In this document: positions 1 to 10,049 of the stretch, one piece after another | How the letters are laid out: every line of letters begins with the position of its first letter | How positions within the stretch are numbered: position 1 is the first letter of the stretch | Assembly: GCA_032249155.1 (NCBI GenBank) | Contig: JAVVGJ010000002.1 | Location: 10,836 to 74,835, forward strand | Source: Minisyncoccota bacterium | Lineage (GTDB): Bacteria; Patescibacteriota; Minisyncoccia; UBA6257; HR35 | Direction: 5' to 3' | DNA length: 64,000 nucleotides | Program-made: the position numbers and the translations under genes | The notes under the pieces: model-generated | Told to the model about the DNA's origin: nothing | Databases searched by the model: none | What the model saw: only the letters and a program-made list of their open reading frames with translations

Positions 1-705
1 GAAAATTAAAAAGAAAAAGGAAAAAAGAATTATTTGAAAAAGATAAGCATTCGTAAATTCTGAAAGGTAAAGAAGCACTCTTGTAAGTAAAGGAGGGTTT
101 TTTGTTAATTCTTTTATCAAAATACCTATCTTAGGCATGACAAAGGTTATAAGAAGGAAGATAACTCCTAAAGACATTAAAAAAACTATAGCGGGATAAA
201 GTAAATTACCTATGATTTCTGATCTTATCTGTCTTTTCTTTTCTAAATTTTCTACCCAGCGAAGTAAATTTTCCGCTAAATTTCCAGAAACTTCTCCAGC
301 TCTAATAGTTTCTACTTCTACTTCTGAAAAAATGTGCGGGAAAGATGCTAGGGTTTTGTAAAGAGGTTCTCCTTTTTGCAAACTATAATTTAAATAATAA
401 AGAAAATCAGCCAAGCTTCCTCTAGATTCTCTAAGTAAGATTTTAAGTCCTCGATTAATATCAAGACCTGATTTTAAAATAAGATAAAGATTACGAGCGA
501 AAAAAATTTTTTGAGAAAGAGAAAGTCTAAAAAAAATTTTTAAATATATTTTCAAAAGAAAGTTTTCCGGAATTTCTTTTATTTCTATAGGAGTTAAATT
601 ATTTCTTAAAAGAAAAGCTAAGCATTCTTCTTGAGAATCCATAAAAAGATTACCTGATCTCAAATTACCCTTTTCATCATAAGCCTTGAATCTAAAAACT
701 TTCAT
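1..705 (-). CDS. pilC: Type IV pilus/T2SS inner membrane platform protein (GspF/PilC family), runs off the window start
   Basis: Not in ORF track. Manual translation from ATG at 705 gives MKVFRFKAYDEKGNLRSG..., later FFARNLYLILKSGLDI and AGEVSGNL; lies directly downstream of the PilB gene. Confidence 0.9.
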   Translation of the reverse strand, partial: MKVFRFKAYDEKGNLRSGNLFMDSQEECLAFLLRNNLTPIEIKEIPENFLLKIYLKIFFRLSLSQKIFFARNLYLILKSGLDINRGLKILLRESRGSLADFLYYLNYSLQKGEPLYKTLASFPHIFSEVEVETIRAGEVSGNLAENLLRWVENLEKKRQIRSEIIGNLLYPAIVFLMSLGVIFLLITFVMPKIGILIKELTKNPPLLTRVLLYLSEFTNAYLFQIILFSFFFLIF

Positions 706-2412
706 TTATTCTCTAATAACTCTAAGCACTTCCTCGACCGTAGTTATTCCTACAAGAACTTTTTCTAAACCATCTTCAAACATCGTTTTATAACCATTTC
801 TCCTTACTATCTCTTTAATTTTTGATAAAGTAAACTCCTTAGAAGCAATAATTTCTCTAAGTTCATCATTCATAACGACACCTTCAAAAATAGCTGTTCT
901 TTCTCGATAACCGCTATAACCGCAATTTTGACATCCTTTTCCTCTAAAAAGATAAGCTTTTTCAAGTTTGTTTTTATATTCTTCAAAAGTTTCTTGAGGA
1001 ACTTCTAAGGTTTTAAGTTGTTCTAAAATTATTTTTTTCTTATATTCAGAAATTTCTTCAGAAACAATGCAGTCGGGACAAATTTTTCTAACTAATCTTT
1101 GTGCCAAAATCAAAGTTAAACTATCAGCAACTAAATAATGAGGAATACCTAAATCAATTAAACGAGGAATAGCCGTAGGTGCATCGTTAGTATGTAAAGT
1201 AGAAAGAACAAGATGACCAGTTAAAGCAGCTTGGACAGCGACATCGGCTGTTTCTGCGTCTCTAATTTCACCAACCATAATAATATCAGGATCTTGCCTT
1301 AGAAAAGCTCTCAAACCAACAGCAAAATTAAGTCCTACTTTAGGATTTACCTGCGTTTGATTAACATAAGGAATAGCATATTCAATTGGATCTTCTATAG
1401 TTACAATATTAACCTCTGGTTTATTTAAAATATTTATAATAGTGTAAAGAGTTGTTGTTTTACCAGATCCTGTAGGACCAGTAACTAAAATCATGCCAAA
1501 TGTTTTCTTTATAGCATCTAAAACAATTTCTTTAAGAGGAGAAACCATACCTAATTCATCTAAAGAAGTTGGTTTAACTGCTCCTGAAAGAATTCTTAAA
1601 ACAGCTTTTTCTCCATAAAGAGTAGGCATAATCGCTACACGGATATCAAATTCAAAATCGCTGATTTTTGTCTTAAATCTACCATCTTGTGGTCTGAAAT
1701 GTTCATCAAGCTGAAGATTAGAAATAACTTTAATTCTAGCAATAATAGGATCTAAAAATTCTTTAGGAAGGCGCATAATTTCTCTTAAAACACCATCAAT
1801 CCTAAATCTTACTAAAATTTCTTTTTCCAATGGTTCGATATGAATATCAGAAGCTCTAGAGCTAAAAGCATAACCTATTAAGTTATTTACTAAACTAACA
1901 GTTGACTCTTCAGTAATTAAGCCAGCAGAATGAAGAGTTTTAATATCTGATTGAAACCTTCTTTTATATTCTTCTGCGTAAAATCTTTGATAATTTATTA
2001 AAGCAATTCTTAAATCTTCAGGGGTGATTAAATAAACCTCAATCTTTTTATGAGTGACTTCTTCAAGAATTTTTATAGTTTCTAAATCTAAAGGATTAAC
2101 CATTCCTACTTTTAAAACATCATTTTCCAAAGCAAAAGGTACAAGTTTTTTTTCAAAAGCTAATCTTTCTGGCACTAAAGAAAGAACAAAAGTTGGTATA
2201 GTGATATTTTTTAAAGAGATTCTCGGAACCTTAATCTCTTCAGCAATAAGATTGTAAAAATAATTTAAATCTAAAAGTCTTCTTTGAATCAAAATTTCGT
2301 AAAAAGGTATACCTAATCTTTTTGAATCTTCTTTGCTTCTCTCATATAAATCCTCATCGATAACGCCTTTATTTATTAAAATCTCTTTAATTTTTTCTTC
2401 TGGCAAAATCAT
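706..2412 (-). CDS. pilB: Type IV pilus assembly ATPase (GspE/PilB)
   Basis: ASDIHIEP, GPTGSGKTTT Walker A, TIEDPIEY, LRQDPDIIMVGEIRD, tetracysteine Zn motif. Confidence 0.93.
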   Translation of the reverse strand: MILPEEKIKEILINKGVIDEDLYERSKEDSKRLGIPFYEILIQRRLLDLNYFYNLIAEEIKVPRISLKNITIPTFVLSLVPERLAFEKKLVPFALENDVLKVGMVNPLDLETIKILEEVTHKKIEVYLITPEDLRIALINYQRFYAEEYKRRFQSDIKTLHSAGLITEESTVSLVNNLIGYAFSSRASDIHIEPLEKEILVRFRIDGVLREIMRLPKEFLDPIIARIKVISNLQLDEHFRPQDGRFKTKISDFEFDIRVAIMPTLYGEKAVLRILSGAVKPTSLDELGMVSPLKEIVLDAIKKTFGMILVTGPTGSGKTTTLYTIINILNKPEVNIVTIEDPIEYAIPYVNQTQVNPKVGLNFAVGLRAFLRQDPDIIMVGEIRDAETADVAVQAALTGHLVLSTLHTNDAPTAIPRLIDLGIPHYLVADSLTLILAQRLVRKICPDCIVSEEISEYKKKIILEQLKTLEVPQETFEEYKNKLEKAYLFRGKGCQNCGYSGYRERTAIFEGVVMNDELREIIASKEFTLSKIKEIVRRNGYKTMFEDGLEKVLVGITTVEEVLRVIRE

Positions 2413-3011
2413 GGTTTCATTTGAATAAGAAAAAAGAATTTTTTATAAAGCGGGATTTCCAAAATTAAAATAAGAAGACTTAAAGGCAGCCAAAAAAATC
2501 TAAATGAATAGTATTCTTTTCCTTTTTTTAAAAGAATAGACAATGTTGCCATTAATAATAGTATAAAAAAAGAAACAAAAATAAAAAAGAAATTATATGG
2601 AAAAGAAAAAAGAAGAGAAGAAAGAAGAATAAAGTATTTTTCATCATCATAAAAAGGATCTCGTTTAAAAGTAAAAAATATAAGATAAAGAAAAGTAAAA
2701 ACTAGTAAAAAACCTAAAAGTCTAAAAATAAGATCTCGAAAGAAATTAAAAAAAACGTAATTTATAAAATAAGAAAAAGGAGTGTAAGGTGGCAAAAGAA
2801 ATTTTGAAAAATTATTATTTTTCCAAAGAAAATATTGAAGAAAAGAAAGTAAGAAAGAATAAAAAAGAAAAGTCAAAATAAGAAAAACTAAAAGAAAAAT
2901 CAGATAATTTATTCTTTTTTCTTCTTTTAAAAAATAAGATAAAAAGCTTAAAATTAAAAAAAGAAAGCTCAAAGGATAATAAATGTCCAAAAAAAGAATT
3001 TCTTTTAGCAT
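2409..3011 (-). CDS. Multi-pass membrane protein coupled to pilB
   Basis: About 5-6 hydrophobic segments; 4-bp overlap with pilB start. Confidence 0.6.
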   Translation of the reverse strand: MLKEILFLDIYYPLSFLFLILSFLSYFLKEEKRINYLIFLLVFLILTFLFYSFLLSFLQYFLWKNNNFSKFLLPPYTPFSYFINYVFFNFFRDLIFRLLGFLLVFTFLYLIFFTFKRDPFYDDEKYFILLSSLLFSFPYNFFFIFVSFFILLLMATLSILLKKGKEYYSFRFFWLPLSLLILILEIPLYKKFFFLIQMKP

Positions 3012-3034
3012 TTAATTAAAAATTTTAAAACAAA

Positions 3035-3505
3035 ATGAAAGGTTTTACGCTTTTTGAAACTATTTTAGTTTTAATCATTATTTCTGTTATTTTAGGTTTT
3101 GGTTTTTATTACTTTAATCAAATGAGCCAAATGAATTTTCTTTTCGAAGAAACAAATAAAAGAATTTTAGATTTAACAAAAACAGCAAGAGAAAAAGCAA
3201 TTTTGGGGGAAGAAAACAGCGATTGGGGAATAAGTTTTGTCAATACTTCTACAGATTATGTGCTTCTTTATAAAGGAACGCCTACTAATATTTATTTTCA
3301 ATTTACTATGAACAAAAGGTTTAGTTTTGTAAATCCACCAGAAGGCAGCAGTCTTTCAATAACATTTTCTAAATTTAAAGGTTTTCCTTCAATAAGTACT
3401 ACTATTTCTATAAAAAATAGCTTAACCAATGAAATAAGATATCTTTGCATACCATCAAGTTCTTCTCCTTTTCTTTCAGCAACTTCTTCTTGTTTGGAAT
3501 TTTAA
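3035..3505 (+). CDS. Type IV pilin/pseudopilin (GspH/FimT-like)
   Basis: MKG-FTLFE class III signal followed by hydrophobic helix. Confidence 0.85.
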   Translation: MKGFTLFETILVLIIISVILGFGFYYFNQMSQMNFLFEETNKRILDLTKTAREKAILGEENSDWGISFVNTSTDYVLLYKGTPTNIYFQFTMNKRFSFVNPPEGSSLSITFSKFKGFPSISTTISIKNSLTNEIRYLCIPSSSSPFLSATSSCLEF

Positions 3506-3553
3506 AGAAAACATTTTAAAATTAATTTAGTCGAAATTAAAAAGATTAAAAAA

Positions 3554-4261
3554 ATGGGAGAAAATTATAAAAATCTTGTTTATTTGGGAGCCACTATTTT
3601 GATTTTATCTTTGGGATCTTATTTTCTTTTAAAGAATGTTTCTCTACCTAACTTAAAAAAAGAGGAAAGTTTTGAAAGCAAATTTTTCCAAGAAGTTAAT
3701 CTAAATGTAAATTTAGGTAATTTGCCTCCTTTAGGTTTTGAGGGTGCAGAAGTAAAAATAGTAGAATTTGGAGACTTTCATTGTCCTTTTTGCGCTCTAG
3801 CTTATAATTACCTTTATCCTGAACTTGAAAAATATATTTCTTCACAAAAAGTTGTTTTTTATTTTAGAGATTTTCCTTTAGAAGGTCTTCACCCACAGGC
3901 TAAAAAGGTGCATTTAGCTTCAAGATGTGCTAATGAAGAAGGAAAATATTGGGAATTTCATAAAGAAATTTATAAAGAAGTCTTTAAAGCTATGAATGAA
4001 AGAAGGGATTATTCTTTTACTGGTAGTGATGAATATCTTTTAAATTTAGCTTCTCGCTTAGAATTGAATGAAGAAAAATTTAAAACTTGTCTTCAAGAAA
4101 AAAAATATGAAGCTGATATAAATAAAGATATTGCTGAGGGAAATAGTTATGGCGTTAATGGAACGCCGACATTTTTTATAATTAAAAAAGGAAAGGTATA
4201 TAAAGGAAGTGGCTTTGTTCCTGAATTATTGCCTGAATTTAGAAATATTATCGAAAAATGA
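3554..4261 (+). CDS. DsbA-family thioredoxin-fold oxidoreductase, membrane anchored
   Basis: EFGDFHCPFC, FRDFPL, GVNGTPTF; N-terminal TM. Confidence 0.9.
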   Translation: MGENYKNLVYLGATILILSLGSYFLLKNVSLPNLKKEESFESKFFQEVNLNVNLGNLPPLGFEGAEVKIVEFGDFHCPFCALAYNYLYPELEKYISSQKVVFYFRDFPLEGLHPQAKKVHLASRCANEEGKYWEFHKEIYKEVFKAMNERRDYSFTGSDEYLLNLASRLELNEEKFKTCLQEKKYEADINKDIAEGNSYGVNGTPTFFIIKKGKVYKGSGFVPELLPEFRNIIEK

Positions 4262-4503
4262 AAAAAATAATTATTTACACAACAAGCTGGTGTCCTTGGT
4301 GTCAAAAAACAAAAAAGTTCTTAGAAAATTTAGGATATTCTTATGAAGAAAGAAATGTTGAATTAAATCCTGAATGGGGGAAAGAGCTTATAGAAAAATC
4401 AGGGCAAATGGGTGTTCCTGTGACTTTAATCATTGATGAAAACGGAAAAGAAAAATTAGTTATTGGTTATGACCCTCTTTCTCTTAGAGAGGCTTTAGAA
4501 TAA
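4258..4503 (+). CDS. Glutaredoxin/NrdH-like redoxin
   Basis: YTTSWCPWC, GQMGVPV, IGYD. Confidence 0.9.
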   Translation: MKKIIIYTTSWCPWCQKTKKFLENLGYSYEERNVELNPEWGKELIEKSGQMGVPVTLIIDENGKEKLVIGYDPLSLREALE

Positions 4504-4507
4504 AAAA

Positions 4508-5428
4508 ATGATTTATGATTCAATTATCATTGGAGCTTCAGCTGGTGGGATTAGTTCAGCTATTTACTTAAAAAGACAAGGACTTAATTTTATTATGATT
4601 GCTAAAGATATCGGAGGTGAGATGGCTCTTTCTGGTATTGTTGAAAATTATCCAGGTTTTCCAAAAACAACTGGTTTTGAATTAGCAGAAAAATTTGAGG
4701 AACATATTAAAAGTTACGGAATTGAGCCTATCATTGATGAAGTTATTAAAGTAGAAAAAGAAGAAAATATTTTTAAAGTTCAAACTAAAAGTAATAATTT
4801 ATATTTTTCCAAAACTTTAGTTTTAGCTACTGGAGCGACACCTAAAAAATTAAATGTTCCTGGAGAAAATGAATTTTATCATAAAGGTGTAAGTTATTGC
4901 TCTGTTTGTGATATGCCGCTTTTTAAAGGAAAAACTGTTGCTATTATAGGCGGAGGGAATTCTGCTTTAGAAGCAGGCATTATGGCTTCTAATATTTGCT
5001 TGAAAGCTTATATAGTTAATAAAAATCCAGTTTTTAAAGGAGATAAAATTCTAATTGAAGAGGTTTCAAAAAAAGAAAATGTTGAAATTATTTATAATGC
5101 TTTGACTCAGGAAATTTATGGTGACGATTTTGTTAAAGGGATAAAATATTTGGACAAAAATACAAATGAAATTAAAGATTTAAAAGTTGATGGCGTTTTT
5201 ATTCATATAGGTTTAAAACCAAACTCTGAAATGATACCAGATGAATGGAAAGTAAAAAACGAATTTGGAGAAATTATTGTTAATAAGTTTTGTGAAACCA
5301 ACGTAACGGGATTTTTTGCCGCTGGAGATGTCACCGATTTCCCACACAAACAAATAGGTATAGCCGTAGGACAAGGAATTGCTGCTGGTCTAGGCGTTAT
5401 AAATTATCTCAATAAAAATAAAATTTAA
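4508..5428 (+). CDS. trxB: Thioredoxin-disulfide reductase
   Basis: GVSYCSVCD, IGGGNSA, FAAGDV. Confidence 0.9.
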   Translation: MIYDSIIIGASAGGISSAIYLKRQGLNFIMIAKDIGGEMALSGIVENYPGFPKTTGFELAEKFEEHIKSYGIEPIIDEVIKVEKEENIFKVQTKSNNLYFSKTLVLATGATPKKLNVPGENEFYHKGVSYCSVCDMPLFKGKTVAIIGGGNSALEAGIMASNICLKAYIVNKNPVFKGDKILIEEVSKKENVEIIYNALTQEIYGDDFVKGIKYLDKNTNEIKDLKVDGVFIHIGLKPNSEMIPDEWKVKNEFGEIIVNKFCETNVTGFFAAGDVTDFPHKQIGIAVGQGIAAGLGVINYLNKNKI

Positions 5429-5781
5429 ATTGAAATTTTAAGTTTTTTCTTTATCTCTCTTGGATGAAGATTTCTCACAAAATAAAGTTTAGCTCTTCTT
5501 GTTTTTGCCTTTCCTAAAATTTCAATTTTTTCTATAAGTGGTGAATGTAAAGGATATGTTTTTTCTATCATTTGTCCAGCAGCTTCCCCTCTTACTGTAA
5601 ACATCACTCTGGTTCCCTTTTTTCTTTTAACTGAAATAACCAGGCCTTCAAATTTTTGTAAAAATTCTCTTTTCTTTTCTTTAATTTTCTGCCAAACTCT
5701 TACCACCATACCTGGTTTTATTTCTGGAAGATCTTTTCTTAAATATTTTTCTTCAACAACTTTTATAAGACTGTGTGTCAT
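5425..5781 (-). CDS. rplS: 50S ribosomal protein L19
   Basis: Q-FEGLVI, PLHSPLIEKIE, RRAKLYFVR. Confidence 0.95.
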   Translation of the reverse strand: MTHSLIKVVEEKYLRKDLPEIKPGMVVRVWQKIKEKKREFLQKFEGLVISVKRKKGTRVMFTVRGEAAGQMIEKTYPLHSPLIEKIEILGKAKTRRAKLYFVRNLHPREIKKKLKISI

Positions 5782-5787
5782 ATTAAT

Positions 5788-6099
5788 TTACATTTTATCA
5801 TAAATTCGAAAATTTTTTAAATGAGGGTCATAAACCCAAACTTCATAAGAAATCTTTTGGGGCTTAGGAAGTTTAAATATTTTTTTTACTTTATAAGGTC
5901 TTAACCTTTCTTTTTGTACTTGAATAAGTTTTAAATCTTTTTTACTTAAAGCAATGATATCGAAAAATCCTAAAATATCTTGAGAATAAAATTTTACTTT
6001 AGGCGGCTTCCAAACAAAATATTTTCTTTTTTTCAAAATCTCTAAAGCTAATTTCTCTATTTTTTTACCACGTAAAACTTTATTTACTCTTTTCTTCAT
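5788..6099 (-). CDS. Small PD-(D/E)xK-fold nuclease-like protein (YraN/Hjc-like)
   Basis: RGKKIEKLALEIL...FDIIAL...LIQVQ; adjacent to rplS. Confidence 0.6.
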   Translation of the reverse strand: MKKRVNKVLRGKKIEKLALEILKKRKYFVWKPPKVKFYSQDILGFFDIIALSKKDLKLIQVQKERLRPYKVKKIFKLPKPQKISYEVWVYDPHLKNFRIYDKM

Positions 6100-6421
6100 T
6101 TTTTATTTTTTCTAAAATTTTATAAACCCTTTCAGCTTCTTCAAATTCTTTAGAAGTATAAAAAACTATTTTAGAAGGCAAATGTCTTAAATAAACTTCT
6201 TTTTTTAATTCATTTTTTATAGTTGAACCTATTTTTTGAAAATAGGAAACAAATTCATTTTTCTTCTCTTCTGGAAAAACGCTAAGATAAACTCTTAAAT
6301 AACCGCCTTTTTTAGGAAGTTTTATATCAACAATAGTAAAAAGAACATCTTGAAAGACATTAAATTTTTGCATAATTTCTGAAAGAGCTTTAATAACCTC
6401 AAATTTTTTTCTTTCTTTCAT
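6080..6421 (-). CDS. rbfA: Ribosome-binding factor A (divergent)
   Basis: FTIVDI...RVYLSVFP...LRHLPSKIVFY...AERVYKIL pattern. Confidence 0.75.
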   Translation of the reverse strand: MKERKKFEVIKALSEIMQKFNVFQDVLFTIVDIKLPKKGGYLRVYLSVFPEEKKNEFVSYFQKIGSTIKNELKKEVYLRHLPSKIVFYTSKEFEEAERVYKILEKIKNEEKSK

Positions 6422-6423
6422 TT

Positions 6424-8202
6424 TTAAATTTTTATCACCACAGGCAAAATCATTGGCCTTCCTCCTGTTTTGTGATAAAGAAAATCAGCTATTTCTTCTC
6501 TTAAATGATATTTAATTTGTTCTTCTTGGATTAAAGGAGCCTCTTCTCCTAAAAATTTTATATTTCTTTTAACAATTTTCTTTATAAGTTGTGAAAGTTC
6601 TTGAATTAATTCTTTATTTGATTCTTTGGAATAACCAAAACCTTTAAAAATAATTTCTGGATTTTTTCTAATTTCTCCTGTTTGGCTATCAATCGTGACA
6701 ATAATAACAAACATTCCTTCTTTAGCTAAGTTTTTTCTATCTCTTAAAACAACACTTTCAACTGAACCCATACCTAAACCATCAACATAAACTGTATGAG
6801 CTGGGACTCTTTCGTCTGTTTTAAATATTTTTTCTGGAAGCATTTTAATAACATCACCATTTTGAGCAATAATAATTTTTTCTTGAGGTATACCTAAATT
6901 AATAGCTATTTCTTCAACAGCTTTAAGCATAAAATAATGACCATGTACAGGCATAACATATTCTGGTTTAACTAAACTAATAAAAAGCTTTACTTCTTCA
7001 GAAAAAGCATGTCCAGAAGCGTGAATGTCCATCATTTGGTAATGAACAACTTTTGCTCCTTGTTTCAAAATATCATCTTTTAATTCTTGGACAATTCTTT
7101 CATTACCAGGAATAATCGAAGAAGAAAAGATAACAGTATCGTCCTTTATCAGTTTGAAGTAGCGATGTTCACCGTTAACAATTCTCATTAAAGCTGAGCC
7201 TTCTTCAGCTTGTGAACCTGTACAAATTATAGTTACCTGATGAGGTTTAAGCTTAAATGATTCTTCTGGTTTAATAATTGTCCCTTTAGGCATTTGAAGA
7301 TATCTTAAATTTCTAGCAACTTCAACGTTCATTCTCATTGTATGTCCATCAACAACAACTTTTCTTCCATAAATAGCCGAAAGATATATAAGTTGCTGAA
7401 TTCTTTCTAAAAGAGAAGCAAAGGTAACAGCAATAATTCTTCCGTTAGCTTTTCTAAAAATTTCTTCTAAGGTCTCCATAATTTTTCTTTCAGAGATAAC
7501 AAATCCTGGCTGGTATGAGTTAGTTGAGTCTATCATTAAAAGTCTTACCCCCCTTAAAGAAAGTTTAACAATTCTTGAAAGATCAGCTGGTTTATCAAAA
7601 AAAGGAGTAAAATCTATTTTAAAGTCACCAGTATGCATAATATTCCCAACAGGTGTTTGGATAAAAAGTCCAACAGAATCAGGAATATTGTGATTAACAT
7701 GGAAGTAATCAATAGTAAAAGAACCAATCTTTAATGGTTTATAAACATCTTTTCTAAATTCTATAACTTCTAATTTTGGAGCAGAAGGAAAATCTTCTTG
7801 TCTTTTCAAAATAATTCCTTTTGAAAGAGGTGTAGCGTATATAGGAGGATTACCTAATTTATCAATAAGATAAGGAATAGCGCCGATATGATCATAATGT
7901 CCATGAGTGATAACAATTCCTACAATTTTTTCTTTATTTTTTTCTAAATATTCAACGTTAGGAATTAAAAAGTCAACACCTGGCATTTCTTCAAAAAATG
8001 GATAACCTAAACCTATATCAACAATAAGAATTTCTTTTTCATTAAGCTCAAAAGCAGTTAAATTTCTTCCTACTTCTTCTAAACCTCCTAAGGGTATGAT
8101 TTTTAAAGTTCCGAAATATCTTTTTTCTTCTCTCTTTTCTTTTCTTCTTAATTTAAATTCTTCGCTTTTTATTTCCTCAATTTGCTTGATGTTTGTTTCC
8201 AT
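6424..8202 (-). CDS. rnj: Ribonuclease J
   Basis: PLGGLEEVGRN, THGHYDHIG, HTGDFK, HASGH, PVHG, RPMILPV. Confidence 0.95.
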   Translation of the reverse strand: METNIKQIEEIKSEEFKLRRKEKREEKRYFGTLKIIPLGGLEEVGRNLTAFELNEKEILIVDIGLGYPFFEEMPGVDFLIPNVEYLEKNKEKIVGIVITHGHYDHIGAIPYLIDKLGNPPIYATPLSKGIILKRQEDFPSAPKLEVIEFRKDVYKPLKIGSFTIDYFHVNHNIPDSVGLFIQTPVGNIMHTGDFKIDFTPFFDKPADLSRIVKLSLRGVRLLMIDSTNSYQPGFVISERKIMETLEEIFRKANGRIIAVTFASLLERIQQLIYLSAIYGRKVVVDGHTMRMNVEVARNLRYLQMPKGTIIKPEESFKLKPHQVTIICTGSQAEEGSALMRIVNGEHRYFKLIKDDTVIFSSSIIPGNERIVQELKDDILKQGAKVVHYQMMDIHASGHAFSEEVKLFISLVKPEYVMPVHGHYFMLKAVEEIAINLGIPQEKIIIAQNGDVIKMLPEKIFKTDERVPAHTVYVDGLGMGSVESVVLRDRKNLAKEGMFVIIVTIDSQTGEIRKNPEIIFKGFGYSKESNKELIQELSQLIKKIVKRNIKFLGEEAPLIQEEQIKYHLREEIADFLYHKTGGRPMILPVVIKI

Positions 8203-8232
8203 TTAAATTAAACTTTTTTAATTTGACCTTTA

Positions 8233-8315
8233 TGGGCAGGGAGGGATTCGAACCCTCACGGCTTTTAGCCACAAGGTCCTGAACCTTGCGCGTCTTCCAA
8301 TTCCGCCACCTGCCC
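8233..8315 (-). tRNA. tRNA-Leu(CAG)
   Basis: GGGCAGG acceptor, CAAGG-TT-CAG-GA-CCTTG anticodon arm, long variable arm, GGTTCGAATC; CCA not encoded. Confidence 0.95.
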
Positions 8316-8716
8316 TAATCAGATACTTCCAAATTTAAAATAGTTGAACTTGGTGAACTTATATCAATAGTTGCTGTAGCAAAAAGATTTTTAGATATAG
8401 CTGTCGAAGTAAGAGTTGAGGTTAAAGAAATAAGTCTTAAACTAGAACTTAAAGAAGTTGTAGCAATAGAAATATTAACGTAACCTTGAGGTAAATTTAT
8501 TTGCATTGAAGTAGTAGTAAAATCTCTGTCTTGATTAATTCTATATAAAGCATAACGCAAACCGCTTATTTCTAAAGATTTTAAAGAAATGTTTCTTTGG
8601 AAGATGAATGCTAAATTATAAGAAAAAGAGAGATAATTTAGTACTATTATAACTAAAAAACCAAAAAAAATCAAGATTATACCTAAAAAACCTAATAAAA
8701 CTTGACCTTTTTTCAT
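8315..8716 (-). CDS. Minor pilin, PilX-like
   Basis: MKKG-QVLL followed by hydrophobic helix without E5; SGLRYALYRI; third of three pilin-like genes. Confidence 0.65.
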   Translation of the reverse strand: MKKGQVLLGFLGIILIFFGFLVIIVLNYLSFSYNLAFIFQRNISLKSLEISGLRYALYRINQDRDFTTTSMQINLPQGYVNISIATTSLSSSLRLISLTSTLTSTAISKNLFATATIDISSPSSTILNLEVSD

Positions 8717-9625
8717 TTACTTAAAAGGTAAACTAATTGCAGTTTCATAACTTACTTCTTTTTTACCTGTCTCATCACTTAAAACAAAATTGGTCTTATA
8801 AGAACCGTTTAATTTTTGAAAAACAAGATTTTTGACGTTAATTCTTTTATCGGTAACTCTAGAAATTTTTTTAAGATTATAAATATTATCGAATTCCGCA
8901 AGATAAACTTTTCCGTTTTTACCATCAAAGAAAAACCAACCTAAGGAATCATTCCAAGCAAAACCTTCTAAATATTTACCATTTACTAATTTGACTTTAA
9001 AATTACTAGACGAACAATTGCCCAAATCTTGACAGTTAAAAACGATAAAACCAAAGATATCATTATAAGCATAACCCCTTAGCTCCGGTTCAGTGCTTGA
9101 AGTTATGCAAACACCATAAATAATGCTTTCTCCTGAAGAGTTTCTAAAACTTACCCAACCAATGATAGGCGACCAAGCATAACCTGAAAGAGCATAAAGT
9201 GAACTTACCTGAGTAGATGAAGAAATTCTACAAGATGAAGAAGCTACAAAATTTACAGAATAATTTTCTCCTTTAAGACTTATTGAACCTACTCTTATAT
9301 TAGCTATTAATCCTTCTAAAGTAGAAGAGTCAGAGTTTAAAAAAACAGGAGAGGTTCGAAAAAGAAGTGATTTTTCTCCATTATATTTTTCAAAAAGAAG
9401 TTCATAATCAGTAATAAAATTTATATTTTTACTCTTATAAGATTCTTTTTGAAAAGTAAGTATTAAATTTCTTGCCTCACGAGAAACATCTACTTCACCA
9501 ACGCTTCCTTGATAAAAATTCAAAGTATTAATAAGTAAAGGAAAAACAATAAGACCAACAATTGAAAAAACACCTAAAAAAATAACTACTTCCAAAAGAG
9601 TTAAACCTTTTTTAAAAGTTAACAT
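8717..9625 (-). CDS. Minor pilin, PilW-like, with inserted repeat domain
   Basis: KKG-LTLLE signal; repeats GYAWSPIIGWVSF / GYAYNDIFGFIVF / GFAWNDSLGWFFF. Confidence 0.8.
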   Translation of the reverse strand: MLTFKKGLTLLEVVIFLGVFSIVGLIVFPLLINTLNFYQGSVGEVDVSREARNLILTFQKESYKSKNINFITDYELLFEKYNGEKSLLFRTSPVFLNSDSSTLEGLIANIRVGSISLKGENYSVNFVASSSCRISSSTQVSSLYALSGYAWSPIIGWVSFRNSSGESIIYGVCITSSTEPELRGYAYNDIFGFIVFNCQDLGNCSSSNFKVKLVNGKYLEGFAWNDSLGWFFFDGKNGKVYLAEFDNIYNLKKISRVTDKRINVKNLVFQKLNGSYKTNFVLSDETGKKEVSYETAISLPFK

Positions 9626-10049
9626 TTAGTTTTGGAAGAAGAAAATAATCGTTAAAAATTATATTTTGATATTCGCCTGTTACTTTTATTAATTTTACAT
9701 TAGGATCATTTTGAAAATTATCTATTCTAAAACTAAAAAAATACTCTTCTAAACCAGATTTTACCCTTTCTTTGCCTGAAGCAATTTGCCAACCAGAAGC
9801 TGTTGAGGTCAAAAAATAATCAGTTGTTGTTGAAAGTGAATTTAAAGAATTGAAATCTCTTTGAGCAATATCAAAAAGGGCATTTCTATATTTTTCAAAA
9901 CCATAGATAGTAACGTCTTGGCTTATATTGCTATAACGAAGAGCATTAAAAGAAAGAACAAGCGCTGAGGCAAAAATACCCAAAATAATAGTTATTAATC
10001 CTAAAATTAAAACAACCTCCAAAAGAAGCTGAGCCTTAGATTTTGACAT
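9612..10049 (-). CDS. Minor pilin, PilV-like
   Basis: KSKA-QLLLE followed by hydrophobic helix. Confidence 0.7.
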   Translation of the reverse strand: MSKSKAQLLLEVVLILGLITIILGIFASALVLSFNALRYSNISQDVTIYGFEKYRNALFDIAQRDFNSLNSLSTTTDYFLTSTASGWQIASGKERVKSGLEEYFFSFRIDNFQNDPNVKLIKVTGEYQNIIFNDYFLLPKLNVNF

